Assembly (NCBI GenBank): GCA_947477655.1
Contig: CANJTS010000008.1
Span: forward strand, 53,929 to 117,928
Direction of reading: 5' to 3'
DNA: 64,000 nt
Source of the DNA: Gammaproteobacteria bacterium
GTDB lineage: Bacteria > Pseudomonadota > Gammaproteobacteria > Pseudomonadales > Pseudohongiellaceae
The position numbers and the translations under genes were made by a program. Below the pieces are notes generated by a model. The model saw only the letters and a program-made list of their open reading frames with translations, searched no databases and was not told the origin of the DNA. Shown here in pieces: positions 41,957 to 51,971 of this stretch. Position 1 is the stretch's first letter. Every line of letters begins with the position of its first letter.

Positions 41957-43321
41957 ATGAATGATCCACGCGATATTATCGATAAGGGCGCGATGACTAC
42001 AATGCAATTTGTAATTGTAGCTATCACAGTATTATTAAATGCCTTGGATGGGTTTGACGTACTGGCAATCAGTGTGTCGGGTCCTGGCATCATGAGTGAA
42101 TGGGGGATAGATCGCGCTCAGTTAGGTGTAATCCTGTCCATGGAACTGATCGGCATGGCATTCGGATCAATCCTACTTGGTGGCGTGGCGGACAAATATG
42201 GTCGACGCAGCATGACTCTTGGTTGTTTGATGGTGATGGCGTTTGGCATGTACATGGCAACCACTGCAACCAGCCCAACTACCCTCAGTCTCTGGCGCGT
42301 GTTTACTGGTCTTGGTATTGGTGGCATGTTGTCTACTACCAATGCTGTAGTCGCTGAGTTTTCTAACAACCGTCGCCGTGCTATGTGTATCTCTATGATG
42401 GTGATTGGTTATCCTATTGGTGGTATTTTCTGCGGAGAAATTGGCAAGGCCTTGCTGGATGCTACCGGTAGCAATTGGCGCACTATGTTTATTTCTGGCG
42501 CTGTTATGTCTGCTGCCCTGATTCCGGTTGTATATTTCCTGGTGCCGGAGTCAATTCACTGGCTAGCGCGTAAACAACCCGCTGGAGCTTTAGAAAAAAT
42601 AAATGCTGCGTTGACCAAGCTTGGTCATGCAGCAGTCAACGCTTTGCCGGCAATCCCAGCAGATCTACGCAAAAAATCAGTGTTGGATATTTTTTCTCCT
42701 TCGCTGGCCATGATTACCATTCTGGTGACATGCGCTTATTTCTTTCACATCATTACTTTCTATTACATCCTGAAATGGACCCCGACTCTAGTTGTGCAAA
42801 TGGGCATGAATGCGAGTGCAGCTTCCGGTGTGCTGACATGGGCCAACGTTGGTGGAGCATTAGGTGGTGCAGCGTTTGGTTTGTTAACGACCCGTTTTGG
42901 TTTAAAACCACTTTCCATAGCTATTCTGTTATTAGCGGCAGTGGGAGTCACATTGTTCGGACGCTCTGAGCCCAATATAACCTCCTTGAGCTATTGGGCA
43001 GCCTTTGCTGGTTTCTTCGGTAATGCTGGAGTTTCAGGTCTGTATTCCATTGTGGCTTATGCTTTCCCAACCCATGTGCGAGCGACAGGTACAGGTTTTG
43101 TAATTGGTGTGGGCAGGGGTGGAGCAGTATTGTCGCCAATGATTGCAGGTTATTTATTGCAAAGCGGAACGACGCTAGCTAATGTTGGTATGGTTATGGC
43201 CATTGGTTCGTTACTGGCAGCAGGTGTACTCTGCTTCCTGAAAATGGGTACCGACAAAACTGCAGATGCCGCAGTGACGGATACTAAAACTAGTCCAAGC
43301 ATGAAAGCTTCCATGGCTTAA
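41957..43321 (+). CDS. MFS transporter, aromatic acid:H+ symporter-like
   Basis: AGGGGGAG Shine-Dalgarno sequence 8 nt upstream of the ATG at 41957. LNALDGFDVLAIS and GG.ADKYGRR motifs. Twelve hydrophobic segments. Confidence 0.85.
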   Translation: MNDPRDIIDKGAMTTMQFVIVAITVLLNALDGFDVLAISVSGPGIMSEWGIDRAQLGVILSMELIGMAFGSILLGGVADKYGRRSMTLGCLMVMAFGMYMATTATSPTTLSLWRVFTGLGIGGMLSTTNAVVAEFSNNRRRAMCISMMVIGYPIGGIFCGEIGKALLDATGSNWRTMFISGAVMSAALIPVVYFLVPESIHWLARKQPAGALEKINAALTKLGHAAVNALPAIPADLRKKSVLDIFSPSLAMITILVTCAYFFHIITFYYILKWTPTLVVQMGMNASAASGVLTWANVGGALGGAAFGLLTTRFGLKPLSIAILLLAAVGVTLFGRSEPNITSLSYWAAFAGFFGNAGVSGLYSIVAYAFPTHVRATGTGFVIGVGRGGAVLSPMIAGYLLQSGTTLANVGMVMAIGSLLAAGVLCFLKMGTDKTADAAVTDTKTSPSMKASMA

Positions 43322-43360
43322 AGCCAAAGCAGGTAAATACAAAGCAGGTAAATACAAAAA

Positions 43361-43390
43361 AGGTAGACCTAGGTCTGCCTTTTTTTATTT
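43361..43390 (+). terminator. Rho-independent terminator after the MFS gene
   Basis: AGGTAGAC-ctag-GTCTGCCT followed by TTTTTTATTT. Confidence 0.75.
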
Positions 43391-43434
43391 CGGTTACTTA
43401 TAGTCAAGTCTCATCACATTTCAGTTGAAGCTAT

Positions 43435-44358
43435 ATGACCAGCATTATTTCTATTCAAAATTTGAGCAAAACCTACGCCACCGGGTTTAAAGCACTTTCC
43501 AATATAAATCTTGAAATTCAGCAGGGTGAAATTATCGCGCTGCTAGGCCCCAATGGCGCCGGTAAAACTACATTGATCAATATTATCTGCGGCATAGTTA
43601 CTGCCAGCATGGGTACTATCAGTATTGGTGGCTATGACATTGTGAAAGATTATCGTGCGGCTCGTTCGCAGGTAGGGTTGGTTCCGCAGGAGTTGGCAAC
43701 TGATGCGTTTGAAACCGTGACGGCGACATTTACTTTCAGCCGTGGTCTGTTCGGTAAAAAACCAGACGCAGCTCACATTGAATATGTACTAAAGGCATTG
43801 TCACTGTACGACAAAAAAGATAGCAAGATCATGACCCTTTCCGGCGGTATGAAACGGCGCGTGATGATTGGCAAAGCGCTTGCGCATGAACCGCGCATTT
43901 TGTTTTTGGATGAGCCCACTGCAGGTGTGGATGTAGAACTGCGCAAAGACATGTGGAATGTAGTACGTAAGCTCAAAGAATCCGGTGTGACAATTATTCT
44001 TACTACACACTATATCGAAGAAGCCGAAGAAATGGCTGATCGAATTGGAATCATTAACAAAGGTGAGTTGATGTTGGTGGAAGACAAAGATGTGTTGATG
44101 CAAAAGCTCGGAGAGAAACGACTCTTATTGCAGCTGCGTTCACCATTAACATTAATTCCTGCCGCGCTCGCACATTTTAAACTTCAATTGCAGAATCAGG
44201 ACAGTACCCTAGTTTATACCTACGATGCTAAAAATAGTGAAAGCTCGGACATCACTCATTTGCTGGATGCAATTACAGCTGCCGGAATACAATTTAAAGA
44301 CCTGGAAACAAAACAGAATTCTTTGGAAGAAATTTTTGTTAATTTGGTAAAAAAATAG
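43435..44358 (+). CDS. ABC transporter ATP-binding protein (YadG-like)
   Basis: Walker [10 protein letters not shown], signature LSGGMKRR, Walker B LFLDEPT. 307 aa with a C-terminal extension, as in YadG. Confidence 0.85.
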   Translation: MTSIISIQNLSKTYATGFKALSNINLEIQQGEIIALLGPNGAGKTTLINIICGIVTASMGTISIGGYDIVKDYRAARSQVGLVPQELATDAFETVTATFTFSRGLFGKKPDAAHIEYVLKALSLYDKKDSKIMTLSGGMKRRVMIGKALAHEPRILFLDEPTAGVDVELRKDMWNVVRKLKESGVTIILTTHYIEEAEEMADRIGIINKGELMLVEDKDVLMQKLGEKRLLLQLRSPLTLIPAALAHFKLQLQNQDSTLVYTYDAKNSESSDITHLLDAITAAGIQFKDLETKQNSLEEIFVNLVKK

Positions 44359-45120
44359 ATGAATATTTACGCCATCAAAGCCATCTACAAATTTGAAATG
44401 GCACGTACTTTTCGTACCCTTGCACAAAGTATTATTTCGCCGGTGTTATCTACTTCACTGTATTTCGTGGTGTTTGGCGGTGCTATCGGCTCGCGTATGA
44501 GCGCAGTGGAAGGAATCAGTTATGGCGCTTTTCTAGTGCCGGGTCTGATTCTGTTATCCATTTTGACGGAAGCGATATCCAATGCTTCTTTTGGAATTTA
44601 TTTCCCGCGTTTTCTTGGCACTATATACGAAGTCTTGTCGGCCCCCGTATCACCTCTTGAACTAGTTATTGGTTATGTAGGGGCGGCAGCAAGTAAATCC
44701 ATTCTGATTGGTTTAATTATACTGTTGACGGCTTCCTTGTTTGTGCCGCTACAAATCCTGCATCCTGGCATCATGCTAATGTTTCTCGTACTGATCTCAT
44801 TAACCTTTAGTATGTTTGGTTTCATTATTGGTATTTGGGCTGATAGTTTTGAAAAATTGCAGATCATTCCCTTACTTATCATTACACCGCTAACCTTTCT
44901 CGGTGGCAGTTTTTATTCTATTAGTATGCTGCCCCCGCTTTGGCAGACCATTACTTTGTTTAATCCGGTGGTTTATCTAGTGAGCGGTTTTCGCTGGAGT
45001 TTTTACGAGATTGCAGACGTGAATGTGGTTACAAGTATGTTGATGACAGGTGTGTTCCTACTGATTTGTGTTGTGCTGTTGCATTGGATATTCAAAACAG
45101 GTTATCGACTTAAAAAATAA
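44359..45120 (+). CDS. ABC-2 permease (YadH-like)
   Basis: Starts immediately after the ATPase stop. 253 aa with six TM segments. Confidence 0.8.
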   Translation: MNIYAIKAIYKFEMARTFRTLAQSIISPVLSTSLYFVVFGGAIGSRMSAVEGISYGAFLVPGLILLSILTEAISNASFGIYFPRFLGTIYEVLSAPVSPLELVIGYVGAAASKSILIGLIILLTASLFVPLQILHPGIMLMFLVLISLTFSMFGFIIGIWADSFEKLQIIPLLIITPLTFLGGSFYSISMLPPLWQTITLFNPVVYLVSGFRWSFYEIADVNVVTSMLMTGVFLLICVVLLHWIFKTGYRLKK

Positions 45121-45149
45121 CACTACCCACTCTAGACCGCTTGTTAGTA

Positions 45150-46100
45150 TTAACTATCAAGCCCAGTCGTTGCTTTCATTCCGAGCATAAGATTCAAATT
45201 TTGTATTGCCGCACCTGAAGCCCCCTTGCCGAGATTATCGTAAACAGCAATAAGCAGCACTTGCGCTTGCTTGTCGTCGGCAAAAACATGCATACGCATA
45301 CGGTTAGTGTTGTTGAGACTCTCTGGATTCAGTTGTGAAGTGCGTTCTAGGCTTGCGAGGGGGGCGACTTCCACACACCCGTCTTTGATAGCCGAAAAAT
45401 GCTCGGTAAGAGCTGAGTGAATTTCTTTGCCTGTTGGTATTTTGGACAGTCCAGCAAGTTGTAAGGGCACCACAGTTAACATGCCCTGTAAAAAATTACC
45501 CACTGCCGGCATAAACAAAGGGGCTGTATCGAGCAAGGCATAACGCTGCATTTCTGGCAGATGTTTATGCGCAAATGTTAGCCCGTATGGCATGAATTCT
45601 GGTGGTGTTTCTGTCTTAGACTGATAGTCGGCGATCATGGCGTTACCACCGCCAGAATATCCTGTAATACCGTTAACACTCACTGGGAATGTTGAAGGTA
45701 ATAATCTAGCTGCAAGCAAGGGTCTAAGCGCAGCTATCACACCTTGTGGCCAACACCCAGGATTTGAAACACGTGAGGCTGTTGCAATAAGGCTCGCTTG
45801 CTTGCTGTCCATTTCCGCGAAACCGTAGATCCAACCGGGAGTAACTCGATATGACGACGAGGCGTCGATTACACGTGTTGCGGGATTAGTGATAAGTGCC
45901 ACACTTTCCATAGCTGCAGCATCAGGTAGGCACAAAATAGCCACATCGGCAGTATTCAAAAAATCTGCGCGTACCGTTATATCCTTGCGCTGTGCTGGGG
46001 GAATTACTAACAATTCGATATCTTTGCGGGCAGCAAGACGTGCGCGGATTTGCAAGCCTGTGGTTCCTGCTTCTCCATCTATAAAAATTTTAGCGAGCAA
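45150..46100 (-). CDS. argC: N-acetyl-gamma-glutamyl-phosphate reductase (short type-2 form)
   Basis: KIFIDGEAGTTGLQI N-terminus, catalytic Cys in VSNPGCWPQG, C-terminal DNLGKGASGAA.QN.NLMLG. Confidence 0.85.
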   Translation of the reverse strand: MLAKIFIDGEAGTTGLQIRARLAARKDIELLVIPPAQRKDITVRADFLNTADVAILCLPDAAAMESVALITNPATRVIDASSSYRVTPGWIYGFAEMDSKQASLIATASRVSNPGCWPQGVIAALRPLLAARLLPSTFPVSVNGITGYSGGGNAMIADYQSKTETPPEFMPYGLTFAHKHLPEMQRYALLDTAPLFMPAVGNFLQGMLTVVPLQLAGLSKIPTGKEIHSALTEHFSAIKDGCVEVAPLASLERTSQLNPESLNNTNRMRMHVFADDKQAQVLLIAVYDNLGKGASGAAIQNLNLMLGMKATTGLDS

Positions 46101-46121
46101 AGCGTGTCTCCGTCAAAATGA

Positions 46122-47039
46122 TCAGGCGGTAAATAAATCATCGATGGATAAATAGCGTTCACCTGTGTCATAACAAAAAATCATTACACGTTTACCGGCA
46201 GGGATTTCGGGTAATTTTTGTGCCAGGGCTGCCAAGCTTGCGCCTGAAGAAATGCCGATGAACACACCTTCTTCTTTTGCACAGCGGCGTGTCATATCGA
46301 AGGCCGCTGTTTCGCTGACAGCAATTGTGCCGTCAAGTAAACGCGTGTCGAGAATTGCGGGTACAAACCCGGCACCGATGCCTTGAATACGATGCAAGCC
46401 TTTTTCTTTGCCTGCAATTACCTGAGATTTTTCTGGCTCAACTGCAAATACTTGTAGTTGTGGAAATTTAGCTTTTAACACTTCGGCGCAGCCGCTGATG
46501 TGGCCACCGGTGCCCACACCGGTAATCAAATAATCTATACCATTTGGGAAATCAGCTAGAATTTCCTGAGCAGTAGTTTGTTTGTGAATGGTTACATTTA
46601 CCGGATTGGTAAACTGCGAAGGCATCCAGCTGTTAGGCGTTTCTTGTAACAGCACTTTAGCTTTCTCAATTGCGCCACCCATGCCTTTTTCACGTTCTGT
46701 GAGCACAATTTCTGCTCCCAGCGCCTTCATAATTTTACGGCGTTCTATCGACATTGATTCGGGCATGGTCAAAATCAACCGATAACCTTTCACAGCAGCA
46801 ACCATGGCCAAGCCAATGCCAGTATTGCCCGAAGTAGGTTCGATAATCACAGTGTTTTGCTGCAGTGCTCCGGAAAGTTCTGCCGCCTCGATCATGGCTT
46901 TGGCAATACGATCCTTGATACTAGCGCCTGGATTGGCACGTTCCATCTTCATCCACACTTCATGTTTGTTGCCAAACAATTTATTGATGCGTAAATGCGG
47001 GGTATTGCCGATGCTGTCGAGGATGCTGTTGATTTTCAT
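46122..47039 (-). CDS. cysK: Cysteine synthase A (O-acetylserine sulfhydrylase)
   Basis: IGNTP..R....., PLP-lysine motif [26 protein letters not shown]. Confidence 0.9.
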   Translation of the reverse strand: MKINSILDSIGNTPHLRINKLFGNKHEVWMKMERANPGASIKDRIAKAMIEAAELSGALQQNTVIIEPTSGNTGIGLAMVAAVKGYRLILTMPESMSIERRKIMKALGAEIVLTEREKGMGGAIEKAKVLLQETPNSWMPSQFTNPVNVTIHKQTTAQEILADFPNGIDYLITGVGTGGHISGCAEVLKAKFPQLQVFAVEPEKSQVIAGKEKGLHRIQGIGAGFVPAILDTRLLDGTIAVSETAAFDMTRRCAKEEGVFIGISSGASLAALAQKLPEIPAGKRVMIFCYDTGERYLSIDDLFTA

Positions 47040-47083
47040 AGTAGATCTCTTGGCAGTTAACGTCAGTGACTCAAAACATTTTG

Positions 47084-47959
47084 CTAAATATTTCCAAACC
47101 CGTACAAACGATGCGGATTGTCCACCAGCAGTTTTTGCTGCAACTGGGCAGTTTCAGCCATCAGTGGGATGAGATCCACCAAATCACCATCATTGGGCAT
47201 ATGTTCTTTAATGTTTGGATGGGGCCAATCTGTACCCCAGAGCACACGATCCGGTGCTAGCTGGATCAGTGCTTTGGCAAAAGGTATGGCATCAGTAAAA
47301 GGCGGGCCTGCCGAAGAGATGCGTTCGGCCCCACATACTTTCACCCAGCAATTATCGCGTTTGGCAAATTCGAGCAAAATCTTAAAAGGTTGTTGCTCAA
47401 GGCCGTCTTTGGTTGGCACACGGCCCATATGATCAATTACGTAAGGGATGGGCAAGTTATCAAGCAGGTCTTTATGAGCGACCAGGTCAATGGCATCAAA
47501 ATGCATGACGACATGCCATTTAAATTGTTTGATACGATTTACGATGAGATGAAACTCATTCATGTCGGGCACACCACCCAGATGTTTAACAAAATTAAAG
47601 CGGCAACCCCGAATACCTTTGCTATCGAGATCAGCAATCGCTTTTTCATCGAAAGTACTATCGATATTAGCGACACCCCGAAAGGTGCCGCCACTGGCAG
47701 CAATGGCATCAATAATGGGAGAGTTGTTTACGCCATGACAGCTGGCATTAACCAGTACGGCGCGACTAAGCCCCAGCTTTTTTTGCAAGGCAATGAAAAG
47801 GTCGACACCGGCATCCGGCGGTGTATAAGTTCGATCAGCAGCAAAGGGATATTGGGCTGCGGGACCAAAAATATGACAATGCGCATCAGTGGCATTACGC
47901 GGTAATTTAAATGAGGGAGTTTTAGTGTTAGGGTCTGGAGCCCGGCAAGGTTTTGTCAT
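47084..47959 (-). CDS. Amidohydrolase-2 family (LigI / 2-pyrone-4,6-dicarboxylate hydrolase-like)
   Basis: DAHCHIFGP.., ..IDHMGRV.., ..WGTDWPHP motifs. Intact paralogue of the TAG-interrupted gene at 25675-26487. Confidence 0.75.
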   Translation of the reverse strand: MTKPCRAPDPNTKTPSFKLPRNATDAHCHIFGPAAQYPFAADRTYTPPDAGVDLFIALQKKLGLSRAVLVNASCHGVNNSPIIDAIAASGGTFRGVANIDSTFDEKAIADLDSKGIRGCRFNFVKHLGGVPDMNEFHLIVNRIKQFKWHVVMHFDAIDLVAHKDLLDNLPIPYVIDHMGRVPTKDGLEQQPFKILLEFAKRDNCWVKVCGAERISSAGPPFTDAIPFAKALIQLAPDRVLWGTDWPHPNIKEHMPNDGDLVDLIPLMAETAQLQQKLLVDNPHRLYGFGNI

Positions 47960-48368
47960 GAGTTGCTGTACTTCCGTTAACTGTAGATATTAAAAGTGGA
48001 TTGTATAAATGCAGTCGAACCTGCAAATAAAACGCAGCTAATTTACCACAACAGCTTTGTCCCTGAAGCAATTTTTTCCCTACGATTTATGCTGTCCTTG
48101 GGTATACTGTAGCCATAATTTTATGGACTGCTGGTTTCATGACTGATACCCCTGTTTTTATTAGCGGCTTTCCCGGTGGCACCGCTTTGTTGATCAATTT
48201 TCTGGATATGCATCTGGCCTTCAGTCCCTGGTTTAAAGTCAAGGAACAGTGTGATGCATTGCGGAGTTCTCGAATATTGCAGCAGCCAGCTGCTGCAGAA
48301 TTTGAATAACATTATCACTCTCCTGCCACCCCTATAGTACTCACTCAATTGCCCGGCTGAATAATTAT

Positions 48369-48755
48369 ATGTATTTGACTATTAAGACTTTTCACATGAT
48401 GTTCGCCTTGCTTAGTTTCACGGGTTTTTTGTTGCGCGCCTATTTGATGGTGATTGAATCCAAGTGGCAAACGCACAAAGCCATTCTGATTACCCCGCAT
48501 ATCATTGATAGTTTTTTTCTGTTGAGTGGGGCGACCATGGCATTCATGGTAAATTTTGGTTTATTCAATCAATTATGGCTGACAACTAAAATCACATGTT
48601 TAATGTTTTATCTATTGTTTGTAGGCATTGCCCTCAATCGGGGTCGCACCAAAACAATAAGGATTGCATGTTTTTTTCTGGCTATTTTTACCTTCATCTA
48701 TATTGGCGGTATCGCCGTTAATAAATCAGCTACAAGCTGGTTCGTGTTGCTGTAA
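48369..48755 (+). CDS. SirB2-family small membrane protein
   Basis: 128 aa with four TM segments. MYL.IK..H......S...F..R pattern. Confidence 0.6.
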   Translation: MYLTIKTFHMMFALLSFTGFLLRAYLMVIESKWQTHKAILITPHIIDSFFLLSGATMAFMVNFGLFNQLWLTTKITCLMFYLLFVGIALNRGRTKTIRIACFFLAIFTFIYIGGIAVNKSATSWFVLL

Positions 48756-48810
48756 CAAGTTGGCTACTAGCTAGCATCGGAATCTGAAATTATAGGGACT
48801 GGGGGGCTGG

Positions 48811-48877
48811 ATGGCTGAGGAACACGCTTGAAAACATCCATGTGGCTCTGATCATCTTCCATGCCGATGAGGTCTGC
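48811..48877. repeat. Interspersed intergenic repeat, copy 1 (degenerate)
   Basis: By hand alignment, 54 of 67 positions are identical (ungapped) to 53336-53402. Lacks the right-hand inverted repeat arm of copy 2. Confidence 0.7.
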
Positions 48878-48979
48878 AATGTCAAGCAGTCGTCAAGCAG
48901 TCGCGACGCAGTCGTAAAACAGCCACGATGATCACTCGTATGCAAGAACCAGCAAACTCAAACCTAGAGACTACCTAAT

Positions 48980-49609
48980 TTAAGGAGCGGGCAGCCGATC
49001 GAATATTCTGGTCAGCTCGATGGGTACTTGAAAGCCTTCCGGTTGAATGAATAACTTAATCTGTAATTGCGTATCGTTGTTGATAAGACTGTATGTTTCA
49101 TCCGCAAATCCACCATCCCTTGGTCTGGCTTCTACCAACAATAAGCCATCTTCCCAATGTGCAAATGAAAAATCTTCTTGTGCATTTAGCGCATTCAAAC
49201 TGACTGAGCGGCTACGATTGTCGGTGTATACAGGTCGCTCAAAATTATCAGCATAAATGAACAGGTAATTATCACCGACAAAAGTAATTGTGAGTTCTCT
49301 ATCATAGGAAATCCGATCGTAGAGTTCTTGCTCAGCAGGGCCACCTCGATAGCGGTCCTGGCGTCGATCAAACCATTTTTTTTTGATTTTTTCACCGGCA
49401 GCTTTTAATGCTTTTTCTACTTTTTTATCAGTGTTATCACTTAAATCCTCGTTGAAGATCCAGCTGTCTGCCATGGCTGGCACAGGTTGCTCAATCCCGA
49501 TCTGCGCAAATCCGATCTGCGCAAACCAGAGTGGGCAAAAAAGAACAGCAGTTAGCCAAACGTAGACCGGCAAACATAGTAAAAATTGTGGGCTTGTATT
49601 TGTGCGCAT
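48980..49609 (-). CDS. Hypothetical exported protein
   Basis: Start taken at MRTNTSPQFLL, followed by a hydrophobic signal region containing the FAQIGFAQIG duplication. No family recognised. Confidence 0.5.
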   Translation of the reverse strand: MRTNTSPQFLLCLPVYVWLTAVLFCPLWFAQIGFAQIGIEQPVPAMADSWIFNEDLSDNTDKKVEKALKAAGEKIKKKWFDRRQDRYRGGPAEQELYDRISYDRELTITFVGDNYLFIYADNFERPVYTDNRSRSVSLNALNAQEDFSFAHWEDGLLLVEARPRDGGFADETYSLINNDTQLQIKLFIQPEGFQVPIELTRIFDRLPAP

Positions 49610-49757
49610 AGAAGCAAGTGTACAACCTTTTGCTAGTGTGTACTTATCATTGCAAAACAAGAAAAAAGCAGGATAGTCGCCTGCAAGGCTTTCATGGCAT
49701 TATGGGCAACCGTGCTATCTAAAATATAACACTAATCAACAGCGGAGACTGCCAACC

Positions 49758-50564
49758 ATGAAACTTTCGTCAGCGATGTTGTCTTTGTTAATCATTGGTT
49801 GTTTAGCAATTAGCAATGGCTGCAGTGATTCTACAGATACCAGCACCGCGCTAATCGACCCAGTCGACAATGCCCGCATAACAGCCATGCGTACTCAATT
49901 AAAAACCCTAAAACTAGAGGCTCAGCGTGTCTTTGATTCCAACTCGATCAAACGTTTGCAGCGTGCCTACGGTTATTATGTTGAAGAAGCTTTGTGGGAT
50001 GAAGTCGTCAATCTTTTTGCAGATAACGCTACTTTAGAGATGGCTAGGGATGGTGTTTACATAGGCAAGGATCGTATTCGTGCTTATTTTTATGCGCTCA
50101 ATGACGGTCAGCAGGGTTTACATACAGGTCAACTTAATGAGCAGTTGCAACTGATGCCTGTGGTGACACTGAGTGCAGATGGTTTGACCGCAAAAGCACG
50201 CTGGCGCAATCTTATGTTACGTGGCCAGTTGGGTGAAAATGCTTATTGGGGCGAAGGTCCGTTTGAAAACGAGTATGTAAAAGAAAATGGCATATGGAAA
50301 TTCAGCAAGGTGCGTTGGCAACAAGCAGTTTTGGTGTCTTATGCAGGAGGTTGGGCAAAAAATAAAGATGCCAACAATGGTATCTGGGTGTCCGATACTT
50401 TGCCCGCAGATGCGCCTCCTACTGATGATCACGGTGCTTGGCCCCAAACTTATTTGCCGCCTTTCTCCTTTGCCAATCCAGTGGGAACCTATTTACCCGC
50501 TGCAGCGTTAAATGCCGAGCCTGCAACCACAGCTGTTGGAGCAACTACAGGAGCACCGCAATAA
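49758..50564 (+). CDS. Lipoprotein with one SnoaL/NTF2-like module
   Basis: Lipobox AISNGC. Module ..RLQRAYGYYVEE.LWDEV..LFADNATLE.. ending in ..YLPPFSFANPVG. Confidence 0.7.
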   Translation: MKLSSAMLSLLIIGCLAISNGCSDSTDTSTALIDPVDNARITAMRTQLKTLKLEAQRVFDSNSIKRLQRAYGYYVEEALWDEVVNLFADNATLEMARDGVYIGKDRIRAYFYALNDGQQGLHTGQLNEQLQLMPVVTLSADGLTAKARWRNLMLRGQLGENAYWGEGPFENEYVKENGIWKFSKVRWQQAVLVSYAGGWAKNKDANNGIWVSDTLPADAPPTDDHGAWPQTYLPPFSFANPVGTYLPAAALNAEPATTAVGATTGAPQ

Positions 50565-51928
50565 TGCATATTGCAAACTTCACTGCTTTAATCACGCGCC
50601 TGCCCTTAATCGTTGTTACTGTTTTTCTGACACTAGTGCATGCGTCTGTATTAGCGCAGCAACCATCACCAGAATTAGAACAAATGGCTGCAGAAATAGC
50701 GCAGTTGCAAGCCGATATTGCCAACATGGAAGCGGAAAACACCATTGAAAATCTACAAGGGATTTTTGGTTTTTACATCGACAAGAATCAGTGGTCACAA
50801 GCTGCAGACTTATTTGCTGATGACGGCACTGTTGAAATCAGTGGTGAAGGTGTTTATGTGGGAAAAGCGCACATAACGCAGTATTTCGAGAGTAAAGGCA
50901 GTGCGGGTCCGCAACCAGGAATACTAAATGAGCACATGCAATTACAACCCGTTATTACGGTGTATACCGGTGGCACCGCCAAAGGCCGCTGGCATCATTT
51001 TTCCCAGGAGGCAGTAGCCGGCGTCAGTCATCATTGGGGCACGGGTATTTATGAAAATGAATATGTATTGCAGAATGGTGTTTGGAAAATCAGCAAGCTC
51101 CATCTGTATTCCTCGATGCGCACACCGTATGACGCTGGTTGGGGTGTTACTGCTTTACCAGTCACCACACCTAGTGCAACCTTACCACCTGATCTGCCGC
51201 CCACCATTGTCTATGAAAATTATCCAGCCGTTTTCGTGCCGCCTTTCCATTATGAAAATCCTGTCACCGGTGCTGTGACCTCAACAGACATAGCTACAGA
51301 AACTCAGCAGTTCAATACTCTGGATGCCATGGAACTGGCATTAGTAAATGCGCAAACACGTGTAGGCCTGTTAACGGATGCCGATGCAGTAGAACGATTG
51401 CATACCATCTATGGCTATTACCTGGCTCACAACCAGTGGGATGAACTGGCTGGTATTTTTACTGAAGATGGCAGTATCGAAATTGCGCTGCGGGGAATTT
51501 ACTTGGGCCGTGCCGGGGTGCGACGCAATTTGGATTTATATGGTGTCCAAAGTGAACTTGAAGGCACGTTACACAACCATATGCAATATCAGCCGGTAAT
51601 TCATATAGCCGCCGATGGCCAAAGCGCCTTGATGCGTTCAAGAGCTTTCAGCATGATGGGAAATTACGAAGGTGTGGGGCGCTGGATGGGCGGCATCTAT
51701 GAGAATAAATTTGTGAAACGCGATGGCATATGGCAAATAGAAAAGGACCAGGTCATCAACACTTATTTTGCAGTTTACGATGAAGGCTGGAAAGATCTTG
51801 CACTACGTCCCGCACCAGGAATTAATGCTGCCAATCCGCCCGATGCGCCACCCAGTGTATATTTTGAAATGTATCCAAGTGCTTATTTACCGGCCTATCA
51901 CTACAAAAATCCGGTAACAGGATTATAA
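50564..51928 (+). CDS. Secreted protein with two tandem SnoaL/NTF2-like modules
   Basis: The ATG overlaps the upstream stop (TAATG). Signal peptide ..HASVLA/QQ. Two modules end in VFVPPFHYENPVTG and YLPAYHYKNPVTG. Confidence 0.7.
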   Translation: MHIANFTALITRLPLIVVTVFLTLVHASVLAQQPSPELEQMAAEIAQLQADIANMEAENTIENLQGIFGFYIDKNQWSQAADLFADDGTVEISGEGVYVGKAHITQYFESKGSAGPQPGILNEHMQLQPVITVYTGGTAKGRWHHFSQEAVAGVSHHWGTGIYENEYVLQNGVWKISKLHLYSSMRTPYDAGWGVTALPVTTPSATLPPDLPPTIVYENYPAVFVPPFHYENPVTGAVTSTDIATETQQFNTLDAMELALVNAQTRVGLLTDADAVERLHTIYGYYLAHNQWDELAGIFTEDGSIEIALRGIYLGRAGVRRNLDLYGVQSELEGTLHNHMQYQPVIHIAADGQSALMRSRAFSMMGNYEGVGRWMGGIYENKFVKRDGIWQIEKDQVINTYFAVYDEGWKDLALRPAPGINAANPPDAPPSVYFEMYPSAYLPAYHYKNPVTGL

Positions 51929-51971
51929 AATGCAGGGCACATCACGGCATACCGTGTTGTGCCCGCTGCTA

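Noticed and set aside
41599-42093. 164-aa minus-strand ORF spanning the MBL-MFS intergenic region.
   Set aside because: It overlaps the well-supported MFS start and its Shine-Dalgarno sequence. The sequence is not protein-like (runs of I, L and F derived from AT-rich DNA) and no family pattern is visible.
48121-48348. 75-aa minus-strand track ORF upstream of sirB2.
   Set aside because: The translation is not protein-like (MSEYYRGGRRVIMLFKFCSS..) and it lacks a Shine-Dalgarno sequence. The opposite strand carries a more plausible small ORF, itself of low confidence.
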